Of a DNA stretch of 64,000 bases, positions 29,216 to 38,186 are shown in pieces. Under the pieces are notes generated by a model that was given only the letters and a program-made list of their open reading frames with translations, was not told where the DNA came from and made no database searches. A program made the position numbers and the translations under genes. Origin of the DNA: an uncultured Clostridia bacterium (GTDB lineage: Bacteria; Bacillota; Clostridia; Oscillospirales; Acutalibacteraceae); assembly GCA_904397205.1 (NCBI GenBank), contig CAJFOO010000017.1:6098-70097 (forward strand), read 5' to 3'. Each line of letters starts with the position of its first letter. The first letter of the stretch is position 1.

Positions 29216-30475
29216 ATGAATCAACAGGCGTTTTTTCCGGGGGATATCCTGCTCCCCAAAGAAGGATGGGATCGCTGGGCTGTGGTGGCTTGCGATCAGT
29301 TTACTTCCCAGCCGGAATATTGGAAACAGGTGGAGGACATCGTGGGGGATGCCCCTTCCACTTACCACATGATTTTTCCTGAGGCATATCTGGAAACCAT
29401 ACCGTTCCAGGAGAAGGTAGACTCCATCCATCGCACGATGGAACAGTATACTGCTTCCGATTTGTTCGACAGTTTGGAAAATACCATGATTTATACCGAG
29501 CGCACCCTGCAAAATGGGACGGTACGCAAAGGCGTGGTAGGAGTATTGGATTTGGAGCAATACGATTATACCCGGGAATCGACTTCGCTGATCCGCGCGA
29601 CCGAAGGTACGGTAGTGAGCCGGCTGCCGCTGCGGATCAAGGTGCGGGAAAACGCACTGCTGGAATTACCGCACATCCTGATTTTGATCGACGATGAAAA
29701 ACAGAACCTCATCGAACCGCTGCACGATAAAACCAGCCAAATGAAGCCGCTGTATGACGTGGATTTGATGCTTCAGGGAGGCAATGTAAAGGGGTACCAG
29801 ATGACCCCCGAGGACTGCGGCCTGCTGGCACAGGGGCTGGCCCGTTTAGCAGAACCCAAGGTGTTTGAAGAAAAATACGGCCTGCCGGAGAAAAAACCAC
29901 TGGTGTTCGCCGTAGGCGATGGCAACCATTCCCTGGCGACGGCCAAAGAATGCTATGAGAGCGTCAAAAAGGTCCTGCCGCGGGAACAGGCTTTGTGTCA
30001 TCCCGCCCGGTATGCCTTGGTGGAGCTGAACAACCTGCACGACCCCTCGCTGGTCTTTGAAGCGATCCATCGGGCCGTATTTGATGTGGAGCCGGAAAAG
30101 TTCCTGCACGAGCTCCAGCAATACTGCGCTTCGCGTCAAGGCAATCATCCGCCGCAGCAGTTTACGGTACTCCTCGGGGGGAAGCAGGAAACGCTGTGCA
30201 TCCCCTCTCCGGATTGTACGTTAGCTACGGGCAGCGTACAGAACTTCCTGGATGGGTACATCCAGGCACATGGAGGGAAGGTGGATTATATCCATGGGGA
30301 AGAGGTGGTACGGGAGCTGTCCCAAAAAGGAGCGGTGGGTATCCTGTTGCCGGCCATGTCGAAATCCGATCTGTTCCCCACGGTCATCCAGGAGGGGGCG
30401 CTCCCGCGAAAGACATTTTCCATGGGAGAAGCAAGCGAAAAACGATACTATATGGAGTGCCGGAAAATCCGGTAA
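29216..30475 (+). CDS. DUF1015 domain protein
   Basis: An internal ATG gives MNQQAFFPGDILLPKEGWDRWAVVACDQFTSQPEYW, typical of the DUF1015 N-terminus. About 420 aa. Confidence 0.75.
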   Translation: MNQQAFFPGDILLPKEGWDRWAVVACDQFTSQPEYWKQVEDIVGDAPSTYHMIFPEAYLETIPFQEKVDSIHRTMEQYTASDLFDSLENTMIYTERTLQNGTVRKGVVGVLDLEQYDYTRESTSLIRATEGTVVSRLPLRIKVRENALLELPHILILIDDEKQNLIEPLHDKTSQMKPLYDVDLMLQGGNVKGYQMTPEDCGLLAQGLARLAEPKVFEEKYGLPEKKPLVFAVGDGNHSLATAKECYESVKKVLPREQALCHPARYALVELNNLHDPSLVFEAIHRAVFDVEPEKFLHELQQYCASRQGNHPPQQFTVLLGGKQETLCIPSPDCTLATGSVQNFLDGYIQAHGGKVDYIHGEEVVRELSQKGAVGILLPAMSKSDLFPTVIQEGALPRKTFSMGEASEKRYYMECRKIR

Positions 30476-30511
30476 ATGGAACCATCCGTCTGCGGCCAGC
30501 AGGCGGATGGT

Positions 30512-31219
30512 TTACTTGGCGTAGGGGCATACCCGGATGCAGATGCCGCATACTGCTCCCCGCCCGATATGCTGGAATTGCCGTTTCATGTATTCACTGC
30601 ACGCCTGTGCGGAAAATAGTTCGTCTCTCGGTGTGCCGGGTTGCCATGGCTTGCCGGAAATCGCCTTGGCGGGGCAGGCTTCTACACACTTGGTACAGGA
30701 GCCGCAGGGGGATTCGGGGAGAGATTGTCCTGCGGCGACCGGGCAATCGGTCAGTACGCTCGCGAGCCGTACCCGAGGGCCGTACGTTTTATGCAGGAAC
30801 AGCGAGCTTTTCCCTATGGTTCCCAGGCCTGCCATACAGGCAAGTTGTTTGTGGGAAAACCGTCCCCGGTACTCCCATCCCGACAAGTTGATGCTTTGCG
30901 ACGCGGCGATTGGAAGATAACGGTAGCCGTGCTGTTCGAGCCAGAAGCCCGTTTGCAGTACCATCTGATCCAGAAAGGCATTGATCGTGCGGTAATGGTG
31001 AAAATAGGTGTGCGTGGGGGCTTCGGCAATCTCTTCTATCACCGCATCGGAGAGCCTGGCTGCAAGGCTGATCCCATATTGGCAGTCCCCTGCACCCATG
31101 CCGCTGTGCTCCATCTGCTGCAAATCCTGCGGCTGCAAGCGGGTGAACCCCACGTCCACAAGGCCTTTTTCGAGCAGGAACTGCCGCAGGCTGTTTGGGA
31201 TTTTCGTTTGGGTATCCAA
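30512..31219 (-). CDS. 4Fe-4S dicluster protein, epoxyqueuosine reductase (QueG)-like
   Basis: 235-aa ORF. CGSCTKCVEACP and CGICIRVCP motifs. TTG start 7 nt after AAGGGGGA. Confidence 0.6.
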   Translation of the reverse strand: MDTQTKIPNSLRQFLLEKGLVDVGFTRLQPQDLQQMEHSGMGAGDCQYGISLAARLSDAVIEEIAEAPTHTYFHHYRTINAFLDQMVLQTGFWLEQHGYRYLPIAASQSINLSGWEYRGRFSHKQLACMAGLGTIGKSSLFLHKTYGPRVRLASVLTDCPVAAGQSLPESPCGSCTKCVEACPAKAISGKPWQPGTPRDELFSAQACSEYMKRQFQHIGRGAVCGICIRVCPYAK

Positions 31220-31455
31220 TTTGTTTTCCCCCTTTCAAATAACCATGCCACACCGTCCCGGTTGTGTCCTGCGTTGTGCGGCAGGGCTGGAAAGCCCGCA
31301 TTTTTGTTTTCCCAGATAGTATATCATATTCTCATGGTACCGTGCAATCTGTGGGGAGGCAGGAGCGGGAGATTCGCAAAAAACCGCCAAAAGAGGGAAA
31401 ATCTTGCGGATTCGTCCATTTTTTCAGAAGGTATCCCAAAAGATGCTGTTTCCTC

Positions 31456-31483
31456 TTGCAATCTCCGTTTTTTGTGGTATAAT
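31456..31483 (+). promoter_or_regulatory. sigma-A promoter of the corA leader
   Basis: TTGCAA-16 nt-TATAAT, with an extended -10 (TGG immediately upstream of the -10). Confidence 0.6.
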
Positions 31484-31526
31484 TACAAAGGTATATCCCC
31501 AATTATTTTTCTAAGGAGGTGGCGCT

Positions 31527-31619
31527 GTGCAGCCCGACCCGTATCTTTTTTCCTGTATTTTTCTTGTGCGTGCCGCGTCATCCCTTGGTTTTTTCCACAA
31601 GGGGGACGGGTGTGCTTAG
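31527..31619 (+). CDS. candidate 30-codon leader peptide upstream of corA
   Basis: GTG 7 nt after a perfect AAGGAGG. Peptide (M)QPDPYLFSCIFLVRAASSLGFFHKGDGCA. Stop lies 20 nt before the corA ATG. No homology evidence. Confidence 0.25.
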   Translation: MQPDPYLFSCIFLVRAASSLGFFHKGDGCA

Positions 31620-31639
31620 CTTTTTCGGAGGTGAGCGCA

Positions 31640-32560
31640 ATGGTGACCTATTACAAAACAATTGATGACCAGATGACTATCCTGGAGACCTGGCAGCCAG
31701 GCTGCTGGATCCGGTGCGTCAACCCGACCCAGGAGGAAGTAGACTGCCTGATTGCCGACTTTGAAATTGAGCCGGAATTTTTCCGTGCGGCAATGGACGA
31801 AGAAGAATCTTCCCATATCGACAGCGAAGACGGCAATACCCTGATTATTTTGGACAGCCCTATAGTGGCCAAGCCGGATGAAAATATCACCTATACGACG
31901 GTGCCGGTGGGGATTATCCTGACGCAGAAAACCGTGATTACCATTTCCATGCAGGAGAACCCTGTCCTCACGGAATTTGCCAGCGGGGCAGTCAAAGGGG
32001 TGCAGACCAATTTGAAAACCCGGTTTGTGCTGACGATTATGCTGCGGATTGCGGGCCGGTTCCTGCAATACCTCAAGCAGATTGAAAAAATCAGTAATTT
32101 TATGGAAATGCGTCTGCGCAAATCGATGAAAAATAATGAACTCATCCAGCTTTTGGATATTGAAAAATCCCTGATGTATTTTTCCGCCTCGCTGAAGGCA
32201 AACGAGATCACGCTGGAGAAAATTATGCGGGGCCGGATTATCCGCATGTATGAGGAAGATCAGGATCTGCTGGAGGACGTACTGATCGAAATCCGGCAGG
32301 GTGTGGATATGTCCAACCTGTATCTGAACGTCCTGTCGGGAACGATGGATGCTTTCGCATCGGTCATTTCCAATAACCTGAATATCGTCATGAAGGTATT
32401 GACTTCGGTAACCTTATTGATTTCGATCCCCACATTAATTTCTGGGATTTACGGCATGAATACGGACTTGCCTATGGCACACTTCTGGTTCCCGATTGCT
32501 CTTTCCGCCGTGCTGATGGCGGTTACCTTCTTTATCTTGAAGAAAAAAGACATGTTTTGA
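31640..32560 (+). CDS. corA: CorA family magnesium/cobalt transporter
   Basis: An internal ATG after GGAGG gives MVTYYKTIDD. C-terminal two TM helices with the YGMNTD (GMN) signature. The 639-aa track ORF from 30641 is rejected. Confidence 0.85.
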   Translation: MVTYYKTIDDQMTILETWQPGCWIRCVNPTQEEVDCLIADFEIEPEFFRAAMDEEESSHIDSEDGNTLIILDSPIVAKPDENITYTTVPVGIILTQKTVITISMQENPVLTEFASGAVKGVQTNLKTRFVLTIMLRIAGRFLQYLKQIEKISNFMEMRLRKSMKNNELIQLLDIEKSLMYFSASLKANEITLEKIMRGRIIRMYEEDQDLLEDVLIEIRQGVDMSNLYLNVLSGTMDAFASVISNNLNIVMKVLTSVTLLISIPTLISGIYGMNTDLPMAHFWFPIALSAVLMAVTFFILKKKDMF

Positions 32561-32588
32561 CACGGGAGAGGGAACTCTTCCCGCAAGA

Positions 32589-32618
32589 AGCCAAGCTGGA
32601 GTCAGTTTGGCTTTTTTT
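32589..32618 (+). terminator. intrinsic terminator after corA
   Basis: Stem AGCCAA / TTGGCT, followed by TTTTTTT. Confidence 0.6.
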
Positions 32619-32691
32619 GTTACAGCCTGCTAACAAAAGTTATCCTATGGCTACGCCATAGTTTTGGTGTATACTATAGAAAGAGGCAGAT

Positions 32692-33276
32692 TTGTTTACG
32701 GAAAGGATGGTTTTTTTGAACCGGATATCAGTCCATACTTCGGAAATAGCACAGGCGGCAAAGACACTGCGTGCAGGGGACAGCATCCTCCTGAGCGGGA
32801 CGGTGTACACGGCCCGGGACGCCGCTCACAAGCGGATTTGCACCCTGTTGGATCAAGGGGAGCCGCTGCCGTTCCCGCTGGAAAATGCTACAGTATACTA
32901 TGCAGGGCCTACCCCAACCCCGCCGGGGCTTCCCATTGGTTCCTGCGGGCCGACCACCTCGGGACGCATGGATGTGTATACCCCCCGCCTGCTGGATTTG
33001 GGCCTCAAGGCCATGATAGGCAAAGGGGAACGTTCCGCACCGGTGGTGGAGGCGATCCGCCGCAACGGGGCGGTGTATCTGTGCGCGATTGGCGGGGCGG
33101 GTGCGTTGGCAGCCCAGTGCGTGCGATCCCTGGAGGTGGTGGCGTTTGCGGATTTGGGCTGTGAATCGGTCAAACGGCTGGAAATCAAAGAGTTTCCGCT
33201 GGTTGTGGCGGTGGACTGCCAAGGGGGCGATAGTTTCGCACAGGCGCGCGCGACGGCAAGAGGGGATGCTGTATGA
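32692..33276 (+). CDS. Fe-S type hydro-lyase beta subunit (fumarate hydratase / L(+)-tartrate dehydratase C-terminal domain)
   Basis: About 190-aa ORF. AGDSILLSGTVYTARDAAHKR and IGKGERS are typical of the class I fumarase beta region. Start is either TTG 32692 or ATG 32707. Confidence 0.7.
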   Translation: MFTERMVFLNRISVHTSEIAQAAKTLRAGDSILLSGTVYTARDAAHKRICTLLDQGEPLPFPLENATVYYAGPTPTPPGLPIGSCGPTTSGRMDVYTPRLLDLGLKAMIGKGERSAPVVEAIRRNGAVYLCAIGGAGALAAQCVRSLEVVAFADLGCESVKRLEIKEFPLVVAVDCQGGDSFAQARATARGDAV

Positions 33277-34556
33277 CCAGCCTGATTATCCGGCTGTTTA
33301 TCCCCGATTATCAGGATACCTCGCGGTTTCGTGTGCGGGAATCGTACGGGAAAGTGGCGGGGATCGTCGGTATATGTACCAACCTCCTGCTGGCGGCGGT
33401 CAAACTGATCGCCGGGATTGTGTTCCAAAGCATCGCGATCACGGCCGATGCAGTGAATAACCTGACCGATTCCGTTTCCTCGATTGTCACTCTGATTGGC
33501 TTTAAGCTCTCGGCAAAGCCAGCCGATGCCAGGCATCCCTATGGATATGCCCGCATGGAATATATTTCCGGGCTGGTGGTATCGGTGGTGATCCTGTTTC
33601 TGGGGTTTGAGCTGGGGCGTTCTTCGCTGGAAAAAGCGATTTCCCCCCAGCCGACCGATTTTACCTGGCTGGTCATGGGGATTTTGGCAGTTTCGATTTT
33701 GGTGAAGGTCTGGCAGGGCCTGTTTTACCGGAAAATGGGCAAGGCGATCCAGTCCACGACGCTGAAGGCGGCTTCTACGGACAGCTTTAATGATGTAATC
33801 GCTACCTCCGTGATCCTGATTGGCGGATTAATTACCCATTTTACCGGCTTCAATCTGGATGGATATTTGGGGCTGGGGGTAGCTGTATTTATCATGGTGT
33901 CGGGGGTGCGGCTGATTATCGAAACGGCCAACCCGCTTTTGGGGCTGGCGCCGTCCCGGCAGTTGATCGACCGCCTGCGGGAAACCATCCTCAGCTACGA
34001 CGGGGTGCTGGGGCTCCACGATTTGAAAATCCACGAGTATGGGGAAGGCAATCATTTTGCTTCGGTCCACTGCGAGGTGCCGGCAGAACAGGATGTCCTT
34101 GTCAGCCACGAGCTGATTGACACCATTGAACGGGATGTGGAACAGAACCTGGGGGTACATCTGGTGATCCACATGGATCCAGTAGTAGCGGAGGATGAAC
34201 GGACTACCCGTTTGCGTCTTCAGGTAGAGGGGATCCTGTTGGGGATTTCCCCGGTTTTGTCCATGCACGATTTCCGGGTGGTGTGGGGCGGGGAACGCAC
34301 CCAGGTCCTGTTTGACGTCACGGCCCCTTTCCGTTTCTCCCTGCCGGATACCCAGTTGGAGCAGCGTATCATTTCTGCGGTGCAAAGCCTGGATCCCGCC
34401 TACCATGCGGTGCTGGTGATTGACCACGAAGAGGAGATCCCACCTGCCGGGCGGGAAACCCTTCCGGAGGAAGAAAACCCAAAGGGAGCGGATCCGGAAG
34501 GCCCGGCTCCGGAAAAATCAAATCCGGAGGGACCGGATGCCTCCAAAACTCCATAA
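33273..34556 (+). CDS. cation diffusion facilitator (CDF) family transporter
   Basis: 427-aa ORF. Six TM helices, HPYGYARMEY motif, cytoplasmic domain, and an acidic/proline-rich tail. ATGA overlap with the preceding gene. Confidence 0.85.
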   Translation: MTSLIIRLFIPDYQDTSRFRVRESYGKVAGIVGICTNLLLAAVKLIAGIVFQSIAITADAVNNLTDSVSSIVTLIGFKLSAKPADARHPYGYARMEYISGLVVSVVILFLGFELGRSSLEKAISPQPTDFTWLVMGILAVSILVKVWQGLFYRKMGKAIQSTTLKAASTDSFNDVIATSVILIGGLITHFTGFNLDGYLGLGVAVFIMVSGVRLIIETANPLLGLAPSRQLIDRLRETILSYDGVLGLHDLKIHEYGEGNHFASVHCEVPAEQDVLVSHELIDTIERDVEQNLGVHLVIHMDPVVAEDERTTRLRLQVEGILLGISPVLSMHDFRVVWGGERTQVLFDVTAPFRFSLPDTQLEQRIISAVQSLDPAYHAVLVIDHEEEIPPAGRETLPEEENPKGADPEGPAPEKSNPEGPDASKTP

Positions 34557-34597
34557 AAAACACCCCCGCTGCAAAACAGGCAGCAGGGGGTGTTTTT
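34555..34597. terminator. bidirectional terminator between the CDF gene and htpG
   Basis: A-run, then stem ACACCCCCGCTGC / GCAGCAGGGGGTGT, then TTTTT. Confidence 0.8.
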
Positions 34598-36485
34598 ACG
34601 CTTTGGTCATCAGCTCGCAGATCTGGTTAGAAAAGGAAACCGGATCCTCCAGGGAAATCCCCTCAATAAGGAGCGCCTGGGAATACAGAAGATCCGCATA
34701 GGTTTTCAGTGCGTCGCGGTCGGTTTCGTAGAGGGATTGTAGCTTTTGCAGGATGGGATGGTTCATGTTGATTTCCAGCACCCGCTGTGCTTTCACCTTT
34801 TCGGTGGCATGGGGCATGGCGTTGAGCACCTTTTCCATTTCGAGGGAAATCTCGCCGTCGCTGGACAGGCATACGGGGTGCGATTTTAGACGCTGGGATA
34901 AGGAAACTTCCTTGACTTTGCCGTCGAGGGACTGCGTCAGGAATTCGAGCAGTTCTTTGTTCTGCTCCGCCTTCTCCTTGGCGGATTGCTTTTCCTCTTC
35001 GGTTTCAAGCTCCAGGTTGTCAGAAGCCACGTTGCGGAATTCCTTCCCTTCATAGGACAGCATCACCCGCAAAGCGAATTCATCCACATCGTCCGTCAGA
35101 TACAGCATTTCCATCCCTTTGTCGCGCAGCAGCTCGGTCTGCGGGAGCATCTCAATGCGGGAGACGGAATCGCCGCAGGCATAATAGATGTATTTCTGCT
35201 CCTCTTTCATGCGGCCGACGTATTCTTTGAGGGAAACCAGCTTCTTTTCCGTGGAGGAATAGAATAAAAGCAGATCCTGTAAGGCTTCCTTGTGCATCCC
35301 AAAATTGGAATATACGCCGAACTTTAATTGCAGGCCAAATACCTGGAAGAATTGGTCGTATTTTTCGCGGTCATGTTCGAGCATGGAGAGCAGCTCGGAT
35401 TTGACCTTCTTTTCCAGCCGGGTGCGGATAAGCTGTAACTGCCGGTCGTGCTGGAGCATTTCGCGGGAGATGTTCAGGGATAAATCCTGCGAATCTACCA
35501 GCCCGCGCACAAAGCTGAAATAATCGGGCAGCAGATCGTGGCATTTTTCCATAATCAGCACGCCGCTGGCATATAGCTGCAAGCCGGGCTCATAGTCGCG
35601 GCTGTAATAGTCGGCGGGGGCTTTCGCGGGGATGAACAGGAGGGCATAGTATGTGGAACTGCCTTCGGTACTGCTGTGGATCACCCGCAGGGGATCCTGG
35701 AAATCATGGAACTTTTCCTGGTAGAAACGGTTGTAGTCCTCGGCAGTCAGCTCGTTTTTCTGCTTTTTCCAGATCGGTACCATGCTGTTGATCACGGTTT
35801 TTTCGCGGTAGGTTTCAAACTCCGGTTTTTCGTGAGTGCCTTCCTTCATACGGGTCTTTTCGAGATCCATCAGGATGGGGTAGCGGATGTAATCGGAATA
35901 TTTCTTGACTAAATCCTGTACCTGGTAATCGTTGAGGAATTCGTCGTAATTGTCCTCCTCGGTGTTGGGCTTGATGTGCAGGGTAATGCGGGTGCCATGG
36001 CCTTCCTTTTCGCAGGGATCGATGGTATAGCCCTCGCTGCCGGACGATTCCCATCGGTATGCCTGCCCGCTGCCGTAGGCCTTGGTGATGACGGTCACTT
36101 TATCCGCTACCATGAAGGAAGAATAAAAGCCAACCCCAAACTGGCCGATGACATCGACGTCCTCACCCTGCTCAATCTTCTCTTTAAAGTGCAGTGAGCC
36201 GCTGTGGGCGATGACCCCGAGGTGGTTTTCCAGATCGTCCTCGGTCATGCCGCAGCCGTTGTCTTCAATGGTGAGGGTACGGGCATCCTTATCCAGTTCG
36301 ATGGTAATTTTGAAATCGTCGCGGCTCAGGCCGGTGCCGCCGTCCTGGAGGCTGTGGTAATAGAGTTTGTCCATCGCGTCGCTGGCATTGGAAATGAGTT
36401 CGCGCAGGAAAATTTCCCGGTGGGTATAAATGGAATGGATCATCAGCTCCAGCAGACGCTTGGATTCGGCTTGGAATTGTCTCAT
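34596..36485 (-). CDS. htpG: molecular chaperone HtpG (Hsp90)
   Basis: 629-aa ORF. ELISNASDA and GQFGVGFYS ATPase motifs. Full-length Hsp90-like sequence. Confidence 0.95.
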   Translation of the reverse strand: MRQFQAESKRLLELMIHSIYTHREIFLRELISNASDAMDKLYYHSLQDGGTGLSRDDFKITIELDKDARTLTIEDNGCGMTEDDLENHLGVIAHSGSLHFKEKIEQGEDVDVIGQFGVGFYSSFMVADKVTVITKAYGSGQAYRWESSGSEGYTIDPCEKEGHGTRITLHIKPNTEEDNYDEFLNDYQVQDLVKKYSDYIRYPILMDLEKTRMKEGTHEKPEFETYREKTVINSMVPIWKKQKNELTAEDYNRFYQEKFHDFQDPLRVIHSSTEGSSTYYALLFIPAKAPADYYSRDYEPGLQLYASGVLIMEKCHDLLPDYFSFVRGLVDSQDLSLNISREMLQHDRQLQLIRTRLEKKVKSELLSMLEHDREKYDQFFQVFGLQLKFGVYSNFGMHKEALQDLLLFYSSTEKKLVSLKEYVGRMKEEQKYIYYACGDSVSRIEMLPQTELLRDKGMEMLYLTDDVDEFALRVMLSYEGKEFRNVASDNLELETEEEKQSAKEKAEQNKELLEFLTQSLDGKVKEVSLSQRLKSHPVCLSSDGEISLEMEKVLNAMPHATEKVKAQRVLEINMNHPILQKLQSLYETDRDALKTYADLLYSQALLIEGISLEDPVSFSNQICELMTKA

Positions 36486-36518
36486 CGGTGTATCTCTCCG
36501 TTCTCCGCGTAGGATGTT

Positions 36519-36545
36519 TTGGCACTCATTCTACAAGAGTGCTAA
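36519..36545. promoter_or_regulatory. CIRCE (HrcA operator) upstream of htpG
   Basis: TTGGCACTC-N9-GAGTGCTAA versus the consensus TTAGCACTC-N9-GAGTGCTAA, with one mismatch. Lies 34 nt upstream of the htpG start, just downstream of a TTAGAC-18-TATAGT promoter-like element on the minus strand. Confidence 0.75.
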
Positions 36546-36643
36546 ATTTTTATTTTTATCATACTATATTTGAAAAGAAAATTCATGTCTAAATTGTAAA
36601 TCTTTGTTTTTTTGTCAGGGGTATCTTTATACAGGCATAAACG

Positions 36644-36675
36644 GAAAAACGGCCAGGGAAATCCCGGGCCGTTTT
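36644..36675 (-). terminator. intrinsic terminator after the DUF1540 gene
   Basis: Stem AACGGCC-GGG / CCC-GGCCGTT with a 4-nt loop. T-run on the minus strand (an A-run at 36644-36648 on the plus strand). Confidence 0.75.
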
Positions 36676-36689
36676 GCTTTGGCGTAACG

Positions 36690-37016
36690 TTATACGCACT
36701 TGCAGGAGAAGGTCTGGCACTGGCTGTCGTACGGGTTTTCTGAACCGGCCTCTGCGGCGGAAACACACACGCAGGCCGCATCGCATCCGCCGTCCTGGTT
36801 ATGGACGCACTGGTATGCAGAACAATGGATGTGAAGGGTCTGGCTGGGGGTGCCGTCCACGGCATTTTGTGCGCCGCACCCGGAAGGGCAGAAGGATTCA
36901 CAGTACGTTTCCTGCCGGTTGACGGCGCTGGATCCGGCAATTTCAATCTGGGAGAGACAGCAACGGTGATCTTTATAGTTGCCGCAGGTTTCTACGCTGC
37001 ATTTTAAATTGTTCAT
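36690..37016 (-). CDS. DUF1540 cysteine-rich protein
   Basis: 108-aa product MNNLKCSVETCGNYKDHRCC with repeated Cys/His motifs. SD GGAAAGGGGA upstream. The track start at 37127 is rejected. Confidence 0.7.
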   Translation of the reverse strand: MNNLKCSVETCGNYKDHRCCLSQIEIAGSSAVNRQETYCESFCPSGCGAQNAVDGTPSQTLHIHCSAYQCVHNQDGGCDAACVCVSAAEAGSENPYDSQCQTFSCKCV

Positions 37017-37311
37017 CTGGTAAAGTCCCCTTTCCTGAATTCGTCGTGCAGTCATCCATCGCGTTTGGAAAGACCATTGGTAGTTTTCCCGTTTTTGAAG
37101 GAATATACCCGCTGAATCCGGATCCATAAACCGTGCAAAAAGAAAAATTTTTCTGGGATACGGGGATTTTTTGGATTGTACTTTCTAAAAATTTGTGGTA
37201 TACTGGTGAAAAATCTGCCTGGAAAAAAGCAGGCGGTTCATTTTTGAAAAAGAATCCAGGATCCGATTCGGTTTTTGGTGGATTTTATTTTGATGGAAAG
37301 GGTTTTGCGTT

Positions 37312-38169
37312 ATGAAAAAGTTGACAAAATTTGGAGCGGCCGGGTTTACCGCCCTCCTGGTTGGCGTATTGGCTTTGTCCGGCTGCGGAGCTGAGCAGGA
37401 ACAGCCAGCCAATCCCCCGGTTTCTTCCGCGGATACCTCTGCCCCTCAAGGAGACGTTTCCGCCGTGTCTTCGGAAAGCAGCAGTTCTGGATCGCAGGCA
37501 GGGCAAACCGTCGTGGATACCTCTGCACCGGTGCCGGAATCCGCGCGGGTGGACGATTCCTATTTTGACGACGCGGTCTTTATCGGCGACTCCGTTACAT
37601 ATAAGTTGGAACTTTATGCACAGAAAAACCGCAATACCGAACCGAACTTTTTGGGCAAAGCCCAGTTCCTGACCAATGGGAGCTTGGGTACGCATAATGC
37701 GAAGTGGGAAATTTCCGATAAATCGGTTCATCCCAAAATTAACGGCCAGAAAGTGCTCATCCAAGACGGCGTGGAGCAGTTGAATGCCAAGAAGGTGTAT
37801 ATCCAGCTTGGCATGAACGATATCGGCCTGTACGGCGTGGATGATTCCATCACCACCATGGACGAACTGGCCCAGGAAATTTTGAAAAAATCCCCCGACG
37901 CAAAAATTTATATCCAGTCCGTCACCCCCATGGTAACCAATGCGGAAGGGAAAAACCTAAACAATTCCAATATCAACATCTATAATGAAAAACTGCTTGA
38001 ATTGTGCGGGCAAAAAGGGTATTACTACATTGACGTGGCTTCGGTCATGAAGGACAGCGACGGCAGCCTGATTATGGAATATTGCAGCGATCCTGACGGC
38101 CAGGGTATCCATCTGACCGACGCTGGCTGCAAAGCTTGGGTCGATTATCTGTACACCCATACAGCATAA
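37312..38169 (+). CDS. SGNH/GDSL hydrolase-family lipoprotein
   Basis: 285-aa ORF. Lipobox LALSGC. Block I FIGDSVTY, block III GMNDI, block V DGQGIHL. Confidence 0.75.
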   Translation: MKKLTKFGAAGFTALLVGVLALSGCGAEQEQPANPPVSSADTSAPQGDVSAVSSESSSSGSQAGQTVVDTSAPVPESARVDDSYFDDAVFIGDSVTYKLELYAQKNRNTEPNFLGKAQFLTNGSLGTHNAKWEISDKSVHPKINGQKVLIQDGVEQLNAKKVYIQLGMNDIGLYGVDDSITTMDELAQEILKKSPDAKIYIQSVTPMVTNAEGKNLNNSNINIYNEKLLELCGQKGYYYIDVASVMKDSDGSLIMEYCSDPDGQGIHLTDAGCKAWVDYLYTHTA

Positions 38170-38186
38170 GGAAGGGGTAGGATACA

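Noticed and set aside
31484-31639. M-box (Mg2+) riboswitch upstream of corA.
   Set aside because: The leader is only about 150 nt and lacks the multi-helix M-box architecture and the conserved stretches I can recall. An upstream-ORF-based explanation fits better.
30641-32560. 639-aa plus-strand ORF that would be the longest protein in this part of the window.
   Set aside because: Its first 333 codons run antisense through the QueG-like gene and then through the corA promoter and leader. Only the part from ATG 31640, which follows a GGAGG SD, has CorA features. It is treated as an in-frame read-through artefact.
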